A stretch of DNA of 64,000 nt from Flaccisagitta enflata (taxonomy: Eukaryota), in NCBI GenBank assembly GCA_965153355.1, contig OZ231126.1, positions 3,162,001 through 3,226,000 of the forward strand. The letters are read 5' to 3'. The notes beneath the pieces were generated by a model, which saw nothing but the letters and a program-made list of their open reading frames with translations, did not search any database and was not told the DNA's origin. Both the position numbers and the translations under genes were made by a program. Below are positions 29,700-45,101 of this stretch, piece by piece. Within the stretch, counting starts at the first letter, position 1. Each line of letters opens with the position of its first letter.

Positions 29700-30370
29700 A
29701 GTTGCTGTAGTTGCAGTTGTCGTCGTTGTCGCTACTGTTGTTGTCGTCATTGTCGCTGCTGTCGTTGTCGTCGTTGTCGCTGCTGTTGTTGTCGTCGTTG
29801 CCAGTGCTGTTGTTGTCGTCGTTGCCGCTGCTGTTGTTGTCGTCGTTGTCGCTACTGTTGTTGTCGTCGTTGTCGCTGCTGTTGTTGTCGTCGTTGTCGC
29901 TGCTGTTATTGTCGTCGTTGTCGCTGCTGTTATTGTCGTCGTTGTCGCTGCTGTTATTGTCGTCGTTGTCGCTGCTGTTATAGTCGTCGTTGTCGCTGCT
30001 GTTATTGTCGTCGTTGTCGCTGCTGTTATAGTCGTCGTTGTCGCTGCTGTTATAGTCGTTGTTGTCGCTGCTGTTATTGTCGTCGTTGTCGCTGCTGTTA
30101 TTGTCGTCGTTGTCGCTGCTGTTTTTGTCGTCGTTGTCGCTGCTGTTATAGTCGTCGTTGACGCTGCTGTTATTGTCGTCGTTGTCGCTGCTGTTATTGT
30201 CGTTGTCGTTGTTTTTGTAGTAGTAGTAGTTGTTGTTTTTGTTGACTTCTCGGGTCGTGGTCATTGCCGTTGCAACTTTTTTTTGCTATTGTTGTTGCTC
30301 GTGTTATTGCTGTTGCTGTTGTTGGTTTTTATTGTTGTTGCCGTTGTTGTTGTGCATGTGTTGGTGCTGC
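29700..30370. repeat. 24-bp GTT/GTC/GCT-derived minisatellite
   Basis: Unit GCTGCTGTTATTGTCGTCGTTGTC; it produces spurious poly-V and DNDDNNSS ORFs. Confidence 0.95.
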
Positions 30371-30821
30371 TGTAGTTCTATTTCTTGATGTTGTTTTTTG
30401 CAACCGTCACTTTGACCCAGTAAAAGACAGAGACCCAGAAGTGATCTCGCCTTCGCCTTCGTTCATAGTACAAATAATCTACGTTTTCAAAAATTTTCCG
30501 CGCAGAAAGTAAACAATGATCGCTAAGCGACCTGCTGACCACAAACATTAACTCCAAGAAGCTCTTACTGCGAAGATTCTACATTTGTTGGCGGGAGGCG
30601 ATCAATAATAAAACAGGAAGTTGACACGTAAATTTGAGGTGAGTTTCAATGAATTATCGAATTGAATTATCGAATTATCGAATTGAATTATCGAATTATC
30701 GAATCGCTTGAATAATCTTTGAATCGTATTGCAATGTCGATGTTCGTAGTTGTATAAAGTAAAGCTCATTAGAAAATTTCATAATCCTCTTTGACGTTCT
30801 TGTCATTTCAGGTGGACGAAA

Positions 30822-32152
30822 ATGGTTTCCTTTGCTCTGATTCTGGTTTGCCTTCTTGGTCTGGGGATGTGTCACGCAGATGTAAAAAACAGTAAGTGTA
30901 GATTTTGATAGATACGATTGCTATCATGAAATGCAAAACTAAAGAAATGTCACCCTGTGTCACCGCTGAATAATTGTTGATGACAGTTTGCGACTCGAAT
31001 ATTTTTTTTTTTTTTTTTCTTAAATGCAAAGTTACTGCGATGGCGGATTTGGAAGGACGGATTCTCGCCGTCGAGAAACGATTAGGTATGTATGCCAAAT
31101 TGCCGTTTCAAACCATGAGAAAACAGAATCAATTACCCGAAATGTCACCCTTTGTGACTGCTGAATTATTGTTGATGACCGTTTTCGCCTTAATTGTTTT
31201 TGTTTTTTTTTAATTGCATAGGTACCGCGAAGTCAAATAAGCATTTACGATCTGCGGACCTAATGCACAATGAGAAATCCTGATATGTTACCCTTGATCA
31301 TTTCTGAGTTTTCGACGAGAGCACGTAGTCCGCTGTTCGCATCAAACTTTCTTTTAAACCTATATCTAATGCAGGGAATAACTCCAGGCAAAGTCTGCGC
31401 GCTGCCGGTCACCTCGACGCAATGGTGGAAGCCATGCGCGAGGGACTGAACATTCCCCGGATAGAATCCGATATTCGCACTCTCCAAACAACATTAGGTA
31501 CAGTGTAATGGTCGATATCATGCGCGAAAAGCTCAATATCCCGCAAATTGAATCAAACATTCGATCCCTCCAGACAACATTAGGTACAGTATATCACAAC
31601 ATGATATCCTTATATATAGCCTGCAACCTATATTGCTTAATGTACTATTGATTGATCTATCCCTAATTTCATTATATGGTTCTAAAGCCACTTTAATGTC
31701 TTACATTAGAGGGAAGAATGTGTCAGCTTGGAACGTTTGGTTGCTCTGGCGATGAAGAATGCGAGGCAATGAAGGTAAGTAGCAAGCTCGCTTTCAATTT
31801 GCATATTCCACATTTTGTAATCATTCCTTTTTCCTCTCATGCCGATCAATCACGTTGATTCCATAATTTCTAAGGCTTGAATATCAATCTTTTACAGAAA
31901 GACGAGGGCGGCACCGACCGCGAAACGTACGATAAGTACATCTATTTCTCCCCACCGTTTGCAAAGACGCCAACCGTGAAAATAGCCATGCAATCGGCAT
32001 TTATGAATGCTGTTGTTGAAGACGACGGCGACTGGTGGGGTTACCATTTCTACGCTGATCACGTGTCCACGTCCGGGTTCCAGGCCAATGCCGAAATGAT
32101 TGATAGGCATTTCAGGAAGATCCGTGGGACCTGGATCGCCTGCTCTGTTTAG
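30822..32152 (+). CDS. Secreted protein, ~188 aa: signal peptide + coiled-coil stalk + C-terminal H-type-lectin-like domain
   Basis: Coding exons 30822-30891 (MVSFALILVCLLGLGMCHA signal peptide), 31032-31085, 31375-31497, 31710-31774 and 31898-32152, all GT-AG and in phase (1,1,1,0). C-terminus IYFSPPFAKTPTVKIAM...ADHVSTSGF...GTWIAC is H-lectin-like. Upstream non-coding exon donor at 30639; AATAAA at about 32255. Confidence 0.82.
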
Positions 32153-32524
32153 AAATCGGTTTAACGCTGAAGATATGTGACGCGTTGAAAATTGTCTCAT
32201 GAATGAATCATATGCTTCAATGAATTGTTCTTGGCCATCAGCCGAAATGGCCTTAATAAAGGTTTTCTGATGTTTTTTTTATGATGTTTACAATAATTTT
32301 TTTTTTTTCAATGGATATTCTTGATGGTAAATGTCACGGTTCCGCAGCAAGCTGGAGAGCCCGACTTTTTACCTATCTATGTAAGCCTAAGCTTCAGATA
32401 CATCATTATATACGGATTAAATGGTTCAAAGACATTCATAACTACCCAGGGCACAATTTCAAACCATTTTTTGTGACCCTCCCTACCTTTAGGGGGTCTA
32501 AAAGTTTGGTCAAAAGGCTCTTTT

Positions 32525-35685
<3,161 letters not shown>

Positions 35686-36293
35686 TTTTGGCTTGTCTCC
35701 ATTCTGTGTCCAGTAGAAAATAGCAAGCAAAACAAATCAAAAATGTCTTATTATAATTTATATGATATTATAGGTTTTCATTGACCGTTATCAATCTCAC
35801 AGTATACTCAAAAAATTTCAACTCATTACTCAAATGATAAGTTATCAAAAAATGGTATAAAAATCAAATTTTCCCCTCCTCGATTTTTTGCTTTTTAGCC
35901 GCGTGCACGCGACTCTACAACCTGCTTTGTCCGTCGGTCGGTTGGTTGGTCGGTTGGTCGATCACACTTTACTTTTTTATGATCTTATTTCTTTGACATC
36001 ACTGCTCCTGCCCAAATGGTCTGGTGACCTCAAATATGGCCCCTGCCCACCCGCACGCGAATGTAGTTTCCCGAATTGAGACGAGGAAGAGTGAAATGCT
36101 TTGACAGTTTCTGAATTCAGTCGCGTCATGTTGCTAAGTTACCTAGTGAACATAAACAGTTACGTGAAAACTGACCGTACTGAGAGGACGTAGTCGGAAT
36201 AATTTTCTTTCCGCATTTCAATTTTCTTCTCTAATTCTCTCGATCTCTCGATCAATTCAAATTTTCTCTCGTTGTGAATATTTCGGGCAGAAA

Positions 36294-37239
36294 ATGCCAC
36301 GGGATCGTTTTTACGACAGCGACGATTCAGAAACCGAAGCCTACGCCCAGTATGGGAGCAGTCGCAGCGGCAGCAGCTTTTCTCGGAGTCGCTCCCGCAG
36401 TCGCTCAAGAAGTCCGGCTGGGCCTCGGCGCCGCGTTTCGCGCTCTCGCGAGCAATCAGGGGAGCGCGAACGCGTGCATGGGGGTCGCGCGCGTGGCGGT
36501 CAGTCACGCGAGCGTCCCAGATCTGTTGTTTTGCCCGCATCATCTGGTATGCCGCCATTGGCTAATTTACCGCCTTCCGATCTTCGTTCTGAAATCGAAT
36601 CTTCGTTGGCCCAACGAGTCACCGAGGCCGTCACGTCTAACCTCAAGACGCAGTTGGTGGAGATTCTGTCAGAGAGAGATGGGCGATCATCGGACGTCGC
36701 CAAAGAAATGGAGTCCCTGAAAGCTGCTCAGCAACATACTTCGCTGCTGTCGGAAGCTGCGGAGTTTACAAGCGAATCGGCTCAGAGGCAGTTTATCGCT
36801 TTTGCTAAAGTGAAGTCGGGCATCTCCAACGCTCGTCGTCTTTTCCAGTCCGGCGACGCCACAGGGGCGGATGCTGCTTTGAAAGAGGTGGATTCCATAA
36901 CCGACTTCCGCCTCGACATGATTCGTCGCGCCGATTCTCAACCCGGTGGCTGGGCTGCAGCCAATGTTTATGAGAAAAAGATGGCAGGTCAATTAGACAG
37001 TAAGAAGGATCGAATCTGGAGAGCCGCCGTTGAAGAGTCAAATCAAACGCGCAAAGATAAGAAGAAGCCCTCAGGTTCTCAGAGGTCAAATCAGTCCTTC
37101 CAAGGTAAAAAGATACTACATACAAATATTTAATCTTATTCCTGCTATTCGGCAGTCGTGAATTTCCACTTGTCCTTTCAAGAATTTGTTTTAACGGTTC
37201 TTTCTTTCAACTTTTGTCTGTTGACGCTCGATTTACAAT

Positions 37240-37330
<91 letters not shown>

Positions 37331-37800
37331 CAGATTCAGATTGCTTTCTCGTCTTTGTGGTTGTTAGTGTCTCTCCGGCCAATACACGCTTCCCTGTCAT
37401 TTCACGAATTCCGTGTCTCGTATTTGGGAAAGGGAAGTTTTCCGGAGGAAAAATGTAGTTTCCCGAATTGAGACGAGGAAGAGTGAAATGCTTTGACAGT
37501 TTCTGAATTCAGTCGCGTCATGTTGCTAAGTTACCTAGTGAACATAAACAGTTACGTGAAAACTGACTTTCCCATCCCACCCAACCCTTAGTTGGCAGCT
37601 CCGCGAGACCGCGTTTGGAGTGTTATGCATGTGGCGCGAGAACGCATATTGCCTCCGATCCTTCCTGTCCTGAACGCGCAAATCGCCACTACTCCTTTGG
37701 CCACGACCAGAGACGTGCTAACTACAATGCTAGAGGAGGCCCCGTCCTCCCTTCTTACAACGCAGGATCGAGCCACGCCTCACATTCATCCCAAAGTTGA
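36294..37800 (+). CDS. Spliced gag-like protein (~339 aa): RS-rich N-terminus, helical core, C-terminal CCHC zinc knuckle
   Basis: Exon 1 36294-37104 (CAAG|GTAAAA, phase 1) plus exon 2 37592-37800 (CCCTTAG|TT) gives in-frame ...SFQVGSSARPRLECYACGARTHIASDPSCP... The RLDMIRRADSQPGGWAAANVYE segment resembles the DIRS-gag 'IADxSxxGWxxVxEY' motif. Confidence 0.8.
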
Positions 37801-37970
37801 TTCTGGTAAGGATAGTGTAGCTGGTACCGTGAGGGCCTCAATACTCGTGTTACAACATCGTCGAAGTAAGTAGCAATTGTGTAGGTCAAAAGCCTTTGAT
37901 GAGTTTTTCTAAGTTGGTGTCACAGCTAGATCATTTAATAGGGTTTGAAGTTTGGTTATGGCTTAGAGCT

Positions 37971-38167
37971 TGTCTCAGATGTTCCTAGAATGGAACGGGA
38001 AAGACATTAATTATTCAAAGTTTGTCTCAGATGTTCCTATTATGGAACGGGAAAGACAGTTGGATTGTTTAAAGCTTGTCTCAGATGTTCTTAATATGGA
38101 ACAGGAAAGACAAAGTTCATTGCTCTAAACTTGTCTCAGATGTTCCTAAAATGGAACGGGAAAGACA
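37971..38167 (+). repeat. Four 36-nt hairpin-forming repeats inside the split-repeat element
   Basis: Consensus TGTCTCAGATGTTCC-N6-GGAACGGGAAAGACA at 37971, 38023, 38077 and 38132, separated by 16-19-nt spacers. Confidence 0.9.
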
Positions 38168-40473
38168 ATTTTTCCTTGCTCAAAGTTTATAAGGCTGTAA
38201 GTATTTGTAAGTATAGAGGGAAGGCAGTATTGTATCTCTGTAATATTAATTATTTTCTTTTCCAGGTGAGCAAAATTGAAGTTTTTGCCTATGTTGGGCC
38301 TTTCTTCAGCTGGCTCAAAACGTGCCTCTTTTGACCATTTAGTTTTGTGCCAATTTGCATCAATAGACCCTTCAAAAGGAAGATAGTTGACAATGCTCTA
38401 AGCTACTTGCCTACTTGCTGTTTCCGTATCAAAAATAATCGATAATTCTATACTTCTATGAATTTCATTCTTTTAACAGTTTCAGGAACAACAGAGCCTC
38501 GTCTCTTGCCATTGATCACCAAGCTTAAATTACAAGCATTGGCAGATGCAAAATTGCTTGCTCTCATTCCTACAGGATTCTCAATACAGAGAGTTACAAT
38601 TTGTTCGAGCTGGCCTTGCTAATTGACAATTGGTAGACTTGTGTATTTCCTTCATAAAGGGTTCAGTTTGTATATTCACATACTCCACATTCGACAGGAT
38701 ACTGCTCATTTGACGTCTTAGTGACAATACTCTAATAATTGTTTTATTTCAGCTTCAAAAATTAACTTGTTTTCTTTGCAGGAGTGGATTTAATAATCAT
38801 TAAATAAAATTCAGCTCAATTTTTTAATTCTTTGCCATCACCTTCTTTGCCTCCCACCCTCCTATCCAGGCTGAAGTCCAGTTTCCACGAAATTCCGCCT
38901 CATTCGACATTCGTCAATCCAGTTGTCATCGCCATGTTTCGTCCCACTTCCGGTGACGACTCACTTCGTTCATTTTGAGTCCCAGGATCAATTTCCCGTT
39001 CTAGTCCAATCTACTATAGTCGCATTCTTCATACGGCAAGAAGTCAATTTAGCATACGGCAAGAAGTCAATCTAAATTGCTCTCATTCCAAAGCGACATG
39101 TGATCAAAATGATTTTGTCTTGAAATTCATTGTTCCTAATTGATTTTTCAATCTTGACATGACATGACATGATTCGAGCTCAGTCTCTGTCCTCTCTCCG
39201 GCCAATACACGCTTCCCTGTCATTTCACGAATTCCGTGTCTCGTATTTGGGAAAGGGAAGTTTTCCGGAGGAAAACTTCAGTAGCCGTGTATCCGGCCTT
39301 GTTTTCTTTTAAAACTGAACATTATGATATTCATTTTTTTTTTTAACCTCATTCTTCTTGAACAATAAGCATTTTTTCTTTTGTCATTCAATGGACAACT
39401 AATTGAGGGACATTCCCCTCCATTTTCATGTCATTGGGTTGATCCTAAGCAGAGAAATGAAATTTTTCTTGGAGCGTATCAATTCGCGAACACCCCCAAA
39501 TTTGTTCCATACGCATACCTAACGCTTAACATATGCCACTATGGTGTGAAAATGACACATTTTATATAAAATCTGACCACACCACGTGAAAGCGTGAAAT
39601 TTAACTCCCAGGCGTTCAGTCACAATGAAATTTTATATTTTGTTGGTCTTGAAAGTGTTGCAGAATTGATGCGCTCATCGAACAATCATCATAGTTATTT
39701 TCTTCTTTTTGGAAGTCAAGATTTTGCGGACTTTGAAGGAAAAAAATACAATTTATCCAATTTACAAAAATGTCCATATCTCATGAACCCTTTGAGCTAT
39801 ACACACGATCTTCTGCAGGAAAACAGATTTTACCAAAAGAGATCAGGAGAAAAAATTTGGTATTCTGAAGATGAGTCAAACTAGCCCAACCAGCCCAACC
39901 AACCTACCAGATGAAAAATGAAAAAGTGGCACAACTTTCGAATGAGTCTGCCGATTTGGCTGAAATTTTGCATGAAAGTTGTTGAAGAGTATCTACATTA
40001 CTAGTTTGAGCTTATAGCTTGGCCGAACAAGAGGCACAAGTGGCCCAACTGTTTGCATATCTAGCCCTGCTAGGCTAAGGTTGGTTGGTTTTGGTTGGGC
40101 AGGTCCAGTCAAAAAGGCTTACATGTGCAAGTTTTGTAACTGCCTGCTGGTGGGTTCCTATTCGGGCAGGGTCCCCCGTTGAAAATTCGTGGATGTTTGG
40201 GCAGGGGCAGTAATGCAAACAAGGCCGGATACACGGCCACCAGTTGCGGACGGGTGGGCAGGGGCGTTTTCCCACTTTTCAACTCGAGCGTGACGGACGG
40301 ACGGACGGACCAACGGACCAACGGACCGACAAAGCCTCTTACAGAGTTGCGTGTCCGCCACCAAAAAGTGCTCAGGGATATTGCAAGATGTAAAGTCGCG
40401 TATCCGCGTATAAAATGTTAAGGATGGACCAACCAACCGACATGGCTAAGTGCAGGGTCGCTTGTCTGCGACT

Positions 40474-41089
40474 CACTGTGCTTCCTACAGAAGTCTGAGT
40501 GAAAAATCGTATAACTTTGACTTTCTCAGCAGTTTTGTATAGTGTTGGGGTGTGATAACATGTAACTAGCCAAAATGAAATCATTCACCGAGCACTTTTT
40601 GAGTAATCTTCAAAATGGAAAAAAATTAGACCCATTTTCAATAAAGATTCTACTGAGTTGTATTGACCTATTTTTTGACTGCATATTGTTAATCTATGCA
40701 AAATTCCCTTTCATTTGATAGGTCGCACTACATGGTTTAATTTCAAAATAAAATTTTCATTTTTTGAGCCACCGTTGCGTTTTTGTAACGGTGACCCAAA
40801 AAATGAAAACTTCAATTCTTTGCAAAAGTATGGAGTGCGACCTATCAAATGAAAGGGAATTTTGCATAGATTAACAATATGCAGCCAAAAAATAGGTCAA
40901 TATAACCCAGTAGAATCTTTATTGAAAATGGGTCTAATTTTTTTCCATTTTGAAGATTACTCAAAAAGCGCTCGGTGAATGATTTCATTTTGGCTAGTTA
41001 CATGTAATCACACCCCAACACTATACAAAACTGCTGAGAAAGTCACAGTTATACAATTTTTCACTCAGACTTCTGTAGGAAGCACAGTG
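40474..41089. mobile_element. Palindromic MITE with CACTGTG...CACAGTG ends and 4-bp TSD (Chapaev-type)
   Basis: Arms are near-perfect reverse complements; GACT flanks both ends. Confidence 0.85.
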
Positions 41090-41490
41090 GACTACAAACG
41101 AAACAAACGAAATAAACGAAACAAACAAAACAAACGAAACGAAACAAAACAATTGAAAAAAAGCTTCAAAATTACAGTCCCCGACTGGGGACTGTAATTT
41201 TTGAAGATTTTCGCGCAAACGCGACTCGAGAAGATACACGACAAATGAAAAAAAAAAAAAAAAAAAATTCCAAAAAAAATTTCCAAAAAAAAAAAATTCC
41301 AAAAATTCAAAAAAAAAAAAAATCAAAAAAAAAAATTTCAAAAAAAAAAAAAAAAAAATTCAAAAAAAAATTCAAAAAAAAATTTCAAAAAAAAAATTTC
41401 AAAAAAAAAATTTCAAAAAAAAAAATTTCAAAAAAAAAAAATTTCAAAAAAAAAAAAAAAAAATTTTCAAAAAAAAAAAAAAAAAAAAGC

Positions 41491-42240
41491 AAGTCCATGA
41501 TGGCACACCTTGAAGTCCATGATGGCACACCTTGAAGTCCATGATGGCATACCTTGAAGTCCATGATGGCATACCTTGAAGTCCATGATGGCATACCTTG
41601 AAGTCCATGATGGCATACCTTGAAGTCCATGATGGCAAACCTAAAGAAAATCAGAATGTAATGAATGAGCAGGTAAAAAGTTTCATCAACCCAAATCCTC
41701 TATATAAATCGCTTAAGTCCTAGTAACATATTACTATGTATACAAATAAGCTAATATCTCATACACCAGACCTCAGATTTAATTCGAATTTTGCAGGGCT
41801 TGTTAATTTAGTACCCTTTAATTGTGTACCAAATTTAAAAAAAATTCACATGGTTTTACTACCCTTTACCTATGTAAATTGCCTAAGTCATAATAACATA
41901 TTACTACATAAATAAGCTAATATCTCATACACCAGACCTCAGATTTAATTCAAATTTTGCAGGGGTTGTTTATTTAGTATCCTTTACTTGTGTACCAAAT
42001 AAAAAAAAAATTCACAAGGTTTTACTACCCTCTACCTATGTAAATTGCCTAAGACTTAGTAACATATTACTACATAAATAAGCTAATATCTCATACACCA
42101 GACCTCAGATTTAATTCGAATTTTGCAGGGCTTATTTATTTAGTACCCTTTACTTGTATACCAAATTAAAAAAAAATTCATAAACTTTTACTACCCTCTA
42201 CCTATGTAAATTGCCTAAGTCCAGTAAAATATTACTACAA
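41491..42240. repeat. 22-bp tandem repeat (~6.5 copies) followed by ~167-bp tandem repeat (~3 copies), inside a probable HINE-like element (about 41160-42460)
   Basis: (GAAGTCCATGATGGCAYACCTT)n; TAACATATTACTA...CATACACCAGACCTCAG recurs at about 41725, 41894 and 42060; terminal hairpins at 41168-41201 and 42431-42450. Confidence 0.85.
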
Positions 42241-42818
42241 AAATAATAGGCAAAGGGTAGTAAAAGTTAATGAATTTTTCTGAAAATTGGTACACAAGCT
42301 CCCATTGACATAAAAATAACACTGGTAAAGTTTCATAAACTTCTGAGGCCTGGTTCAGAAGATATGAGAGGGTTTGACAGTAACAGAGTAACAGAGTAAC
42401 AGACTACACAAACAGGCTACTTCATAGTCACCGACGAAAACTGTTCGTCGGGGACAAAAAGAAAAAACAGGGCCGGATACATGGCTACCCTAGTCGCTTG
42501 CGGGTGGGCAGGGGCTGTATTTGAGCAGGAGCAGTGAGGCCAAAGACCGCAAATACCCCAAAAAAGTAAAGTGTGACGGACCGATGGACCGACAAAGCGA
42601 GATGTAGAGTCGCGTAGCACGCGACTAAAAACACATGTACTAACAAACAAACAAACAATAATGTAAACAAAAAACAAAAAACAAACATGCAGCTCCATGG
42701 AGGCAAATCAGGGTCCGACGATAACGTAACAACGTCTCCGCCATGCCGGCATAAGCCAACCTAGGAGATCCATTCGCTGTACTACCCTAACACGCACACA
42801 CGCGCGCACACACGCGCG

Positions 42819-42855
<37 letters not shown>

Positions 42856-43905
42856 GCACGCACGCACGCACGCACACGCACACACACACACACGCGCGCG
42901 CGCACGCACACACACTAAAAGCGCTTATTTCACGTTTTAAACACATGCGTAACGGACTAACGAGCCAATGTACCAGCCGACCGACAGACTAACGGACTGA
43001 TGGACGGACTGATGGACAAACGGATGGACAAAGCCTATTATAGAAGTGCGTGTCCGCAACTAGATAGAGGGGAATGAAACAAGGGATGTTGGTTATGTCC
43101 GTTGGCAGTTACTTCAATTTTTTTCCGAGTACAGCGGTTCATTGACGTTGGTGGTAGACAGATGCGCTTGATCAAAATTTTGAAGTGTTCGCAAGCTGTT
43201 GCCACATCCATGGGCCCCGGCTGACACGTGATGCTGTGCCGATGACCCGGTAGTTCATATAGGATGTTTGGTTGAAACTATCTGTCAATTTTGGTGGTCC
43301 TTGGACGTCATGGAAAAAAGCTCTGGTTTTTACTATCTTATGACACATAAATATGATCCTTGGAGGCTCCTTTAGACGCGTCGACGAGGCGTTTGACGGC
43401 CTTCGATTCAGCATAGCAATTTTGCATACTCCTCTCATAAATATCTTCCAAACAAGACTAATCCCAGGTCTGTAGCTAAATTTCTTTGGAAGTTATAGCG
43501 AAAACAAAACAACCTCTCAAAACTGCAGAGACTAGACCATTTGCCTTCATTTTGGTATATCTGTTCAACAAATTGAGCTAGCAGCCTCAGCTACGGTTGG
43601 GCTGAATCGAGGCATTTTTACATGGCTTTAAGCCAAATACAAAAAAATGGCCATAGAATTTGAACAAAGGTGGCTAGGGATAGAAAATGGAATAAAAAAG
43701 AGACTTATAAAACTGTCGGAATACAGCACATAATTTTCGTTCCTGCTGAACAGTTCGAAATTGTTTTTTTTTTTTTGCCAAAAAATGTCTAAAATCTGTT
43801 TTTACACCCTTCAGCAACTATATGATGGGAAAACAAGGACGCCAGAGACTTTTTAAGGTCCTGAAAAAAAACACTTTCTATACCTACCATAAGCTGACTT
43901 TTCAC

Positions 43906-44066
43906 CTGGCTGCATGGAGGGCGTTTGGCCGACGGATCCGCCGCGTTTGAAGGGAATCTTCTTGAAGATGGAGTCGCGATTGCTGACGGACCGCTGGAAG
44001 GATTTGGGAAGCAGTTCCGCTTTCGACTTCATCCTTTGAAAGATGAAAGACGTCCGCTGCTTCGGC
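43906..44066 (-). CDS. Possible isolated coding exon, product unknown
   Basis: CTTTTCAG acceptor, CAG|GTGAAA donor and a GC-richer open frame (PKQRTSFIFQRMKSKAELLPKSFQRSVSNRDSIFKKIPFKRGGSVGQTPSMQP). No family recognised. Confidence 0.4.
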
Positions 44067-45101
44067 CTGAAAAGATGGAACGAGAGCTCAAATGAACTGA
44101 CCATCTGGCCGACTGACCGACCGACTGACCGACCCATCGACCGACCGACCGATCGACCAACCGACCATGCCTCTCTCAAAGTCGTGAGTCGGCGACTATT
44201 AGGATGCATCGGTAGCATGGCCTTTCAGTCCAGATATGCGGCAAAAATGCGGCTGTTGATATTTGCGACCTTGTAATTTTGATGTCACTCACTCGTTCAA
44301 TGATTCCAACGAACGTCGGAGGTAGGACGATAAGTGCGGTTGGTTCATAATGGAAACAAATCAATTTATATTTTGAACCAGAGACATTCTGTATCCGTAT
44401 TCCAGCGTCGAAGAGCGAAAAAACGATTTTTGAGGATGATGAAACTACCAATACAAGAAAATGGCTTCGAAAGCTCCAAATTTATTGATGATGGGAGAGA
44501 CCATCGAACTAAACCCATTTGGGCCAATTCCCGTTTTACGGATTTTGGGGCACGCTTACAAACACGTCGAATGTCATAAAGCACAACGCCGGAGGATGAT
44601 AACAAGTAACCCAGGGCTACAAATTACAATCTTATCTTAAACGGGGGCGTGGGTGGAAATGAGCGATTTTAATTTGTCACCGACCGACGGACGTATATAG
44701 AGTCCGTGACTAAAAACGCCGTGTGTGATCGTATATGCGTGTATGGTTGATTGACCCGAGCAGCTTTTTAGATGCGTCATCGCATCTCTATAAGAGGGTC
44801 TGTCCGTCCGTCCGTCCGTCCGTCCGTCGGTCGGTCCGTCCGTCCGTCGGTCCGTCCGTCGGTCGGTCGGTCCGTTACGCCTGTGCAAAAATCAAGTTTA
44901 TCGGCTTTTTTTGGACACGGCGAGATTCTATACTGAATCAAACGATCGACAAACGAGTTTCAAATCACGCAGATGACGCATCTAGTTGCCCGATCGGGCT
45001 TGTTTTTTTATTCATTATCCATTTTCATTACAAATTGGATAAATAAAAACGTGTTTTCTTTCCTTTTTCATTGCAGAAAACTTTGGATCCCTTAAACAAC
45101 A

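Larger units (their letters stand above)
36061..39275 (+). mobile_element. Non-autonomous tyrosine-recombinase-class (DIRS/PAT/Ngaro-like) retroelement with split direct repeats A1-B1A2-B2
   Basis: A1 36061-36175 = A2 37453-37567 (115 bp); B1 37370-37452 = B2 39193-39275 (83 bp); B1 abuts A2. No TSD. The element interrupts a HINE at CGCACGCGA^CTTCAGTAGCCG. It carries a gag-like CCHC gene but no recognisable RT or YR. Confidence 0.85.

Noticed and set aside
29572-30375. 267-aa poly-Val ORF and the antisense DNDDNNSS ORF
   Set aside because: Stop-free 24-bp minisatellite; no splice or domain support.
37971-38167. CRISPR-like array (36-nt palindromic repeats with spacers)
   Set aside because: Eukaryotic context, no cas genes, and spacers are only 16-19 nt and resemble each other; better explained as a structured tandem repeat within a retroelement.
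37801-39190. Reverse transcriptase or tyrosine recombinase remnants in the split-repeat element
   Set aside because: No long ORF and no YxDD or R-H-R-Y motifs were visible; several acceptor-like sites hint at non-coding exons but cannot be verified from sequence.
41245-41490. Lys-rich ORF or retro-poly(A) tail
   Set aside because: Degenerate A-rich (TTCAAAAAAAAA)n tract inside a repeat; no TSD or retrocopy body.
44280-44610. Possible plus-strand exons
   Set aside because: Splice-like sites exist, but no frame gives a recognisable or consistently open product.
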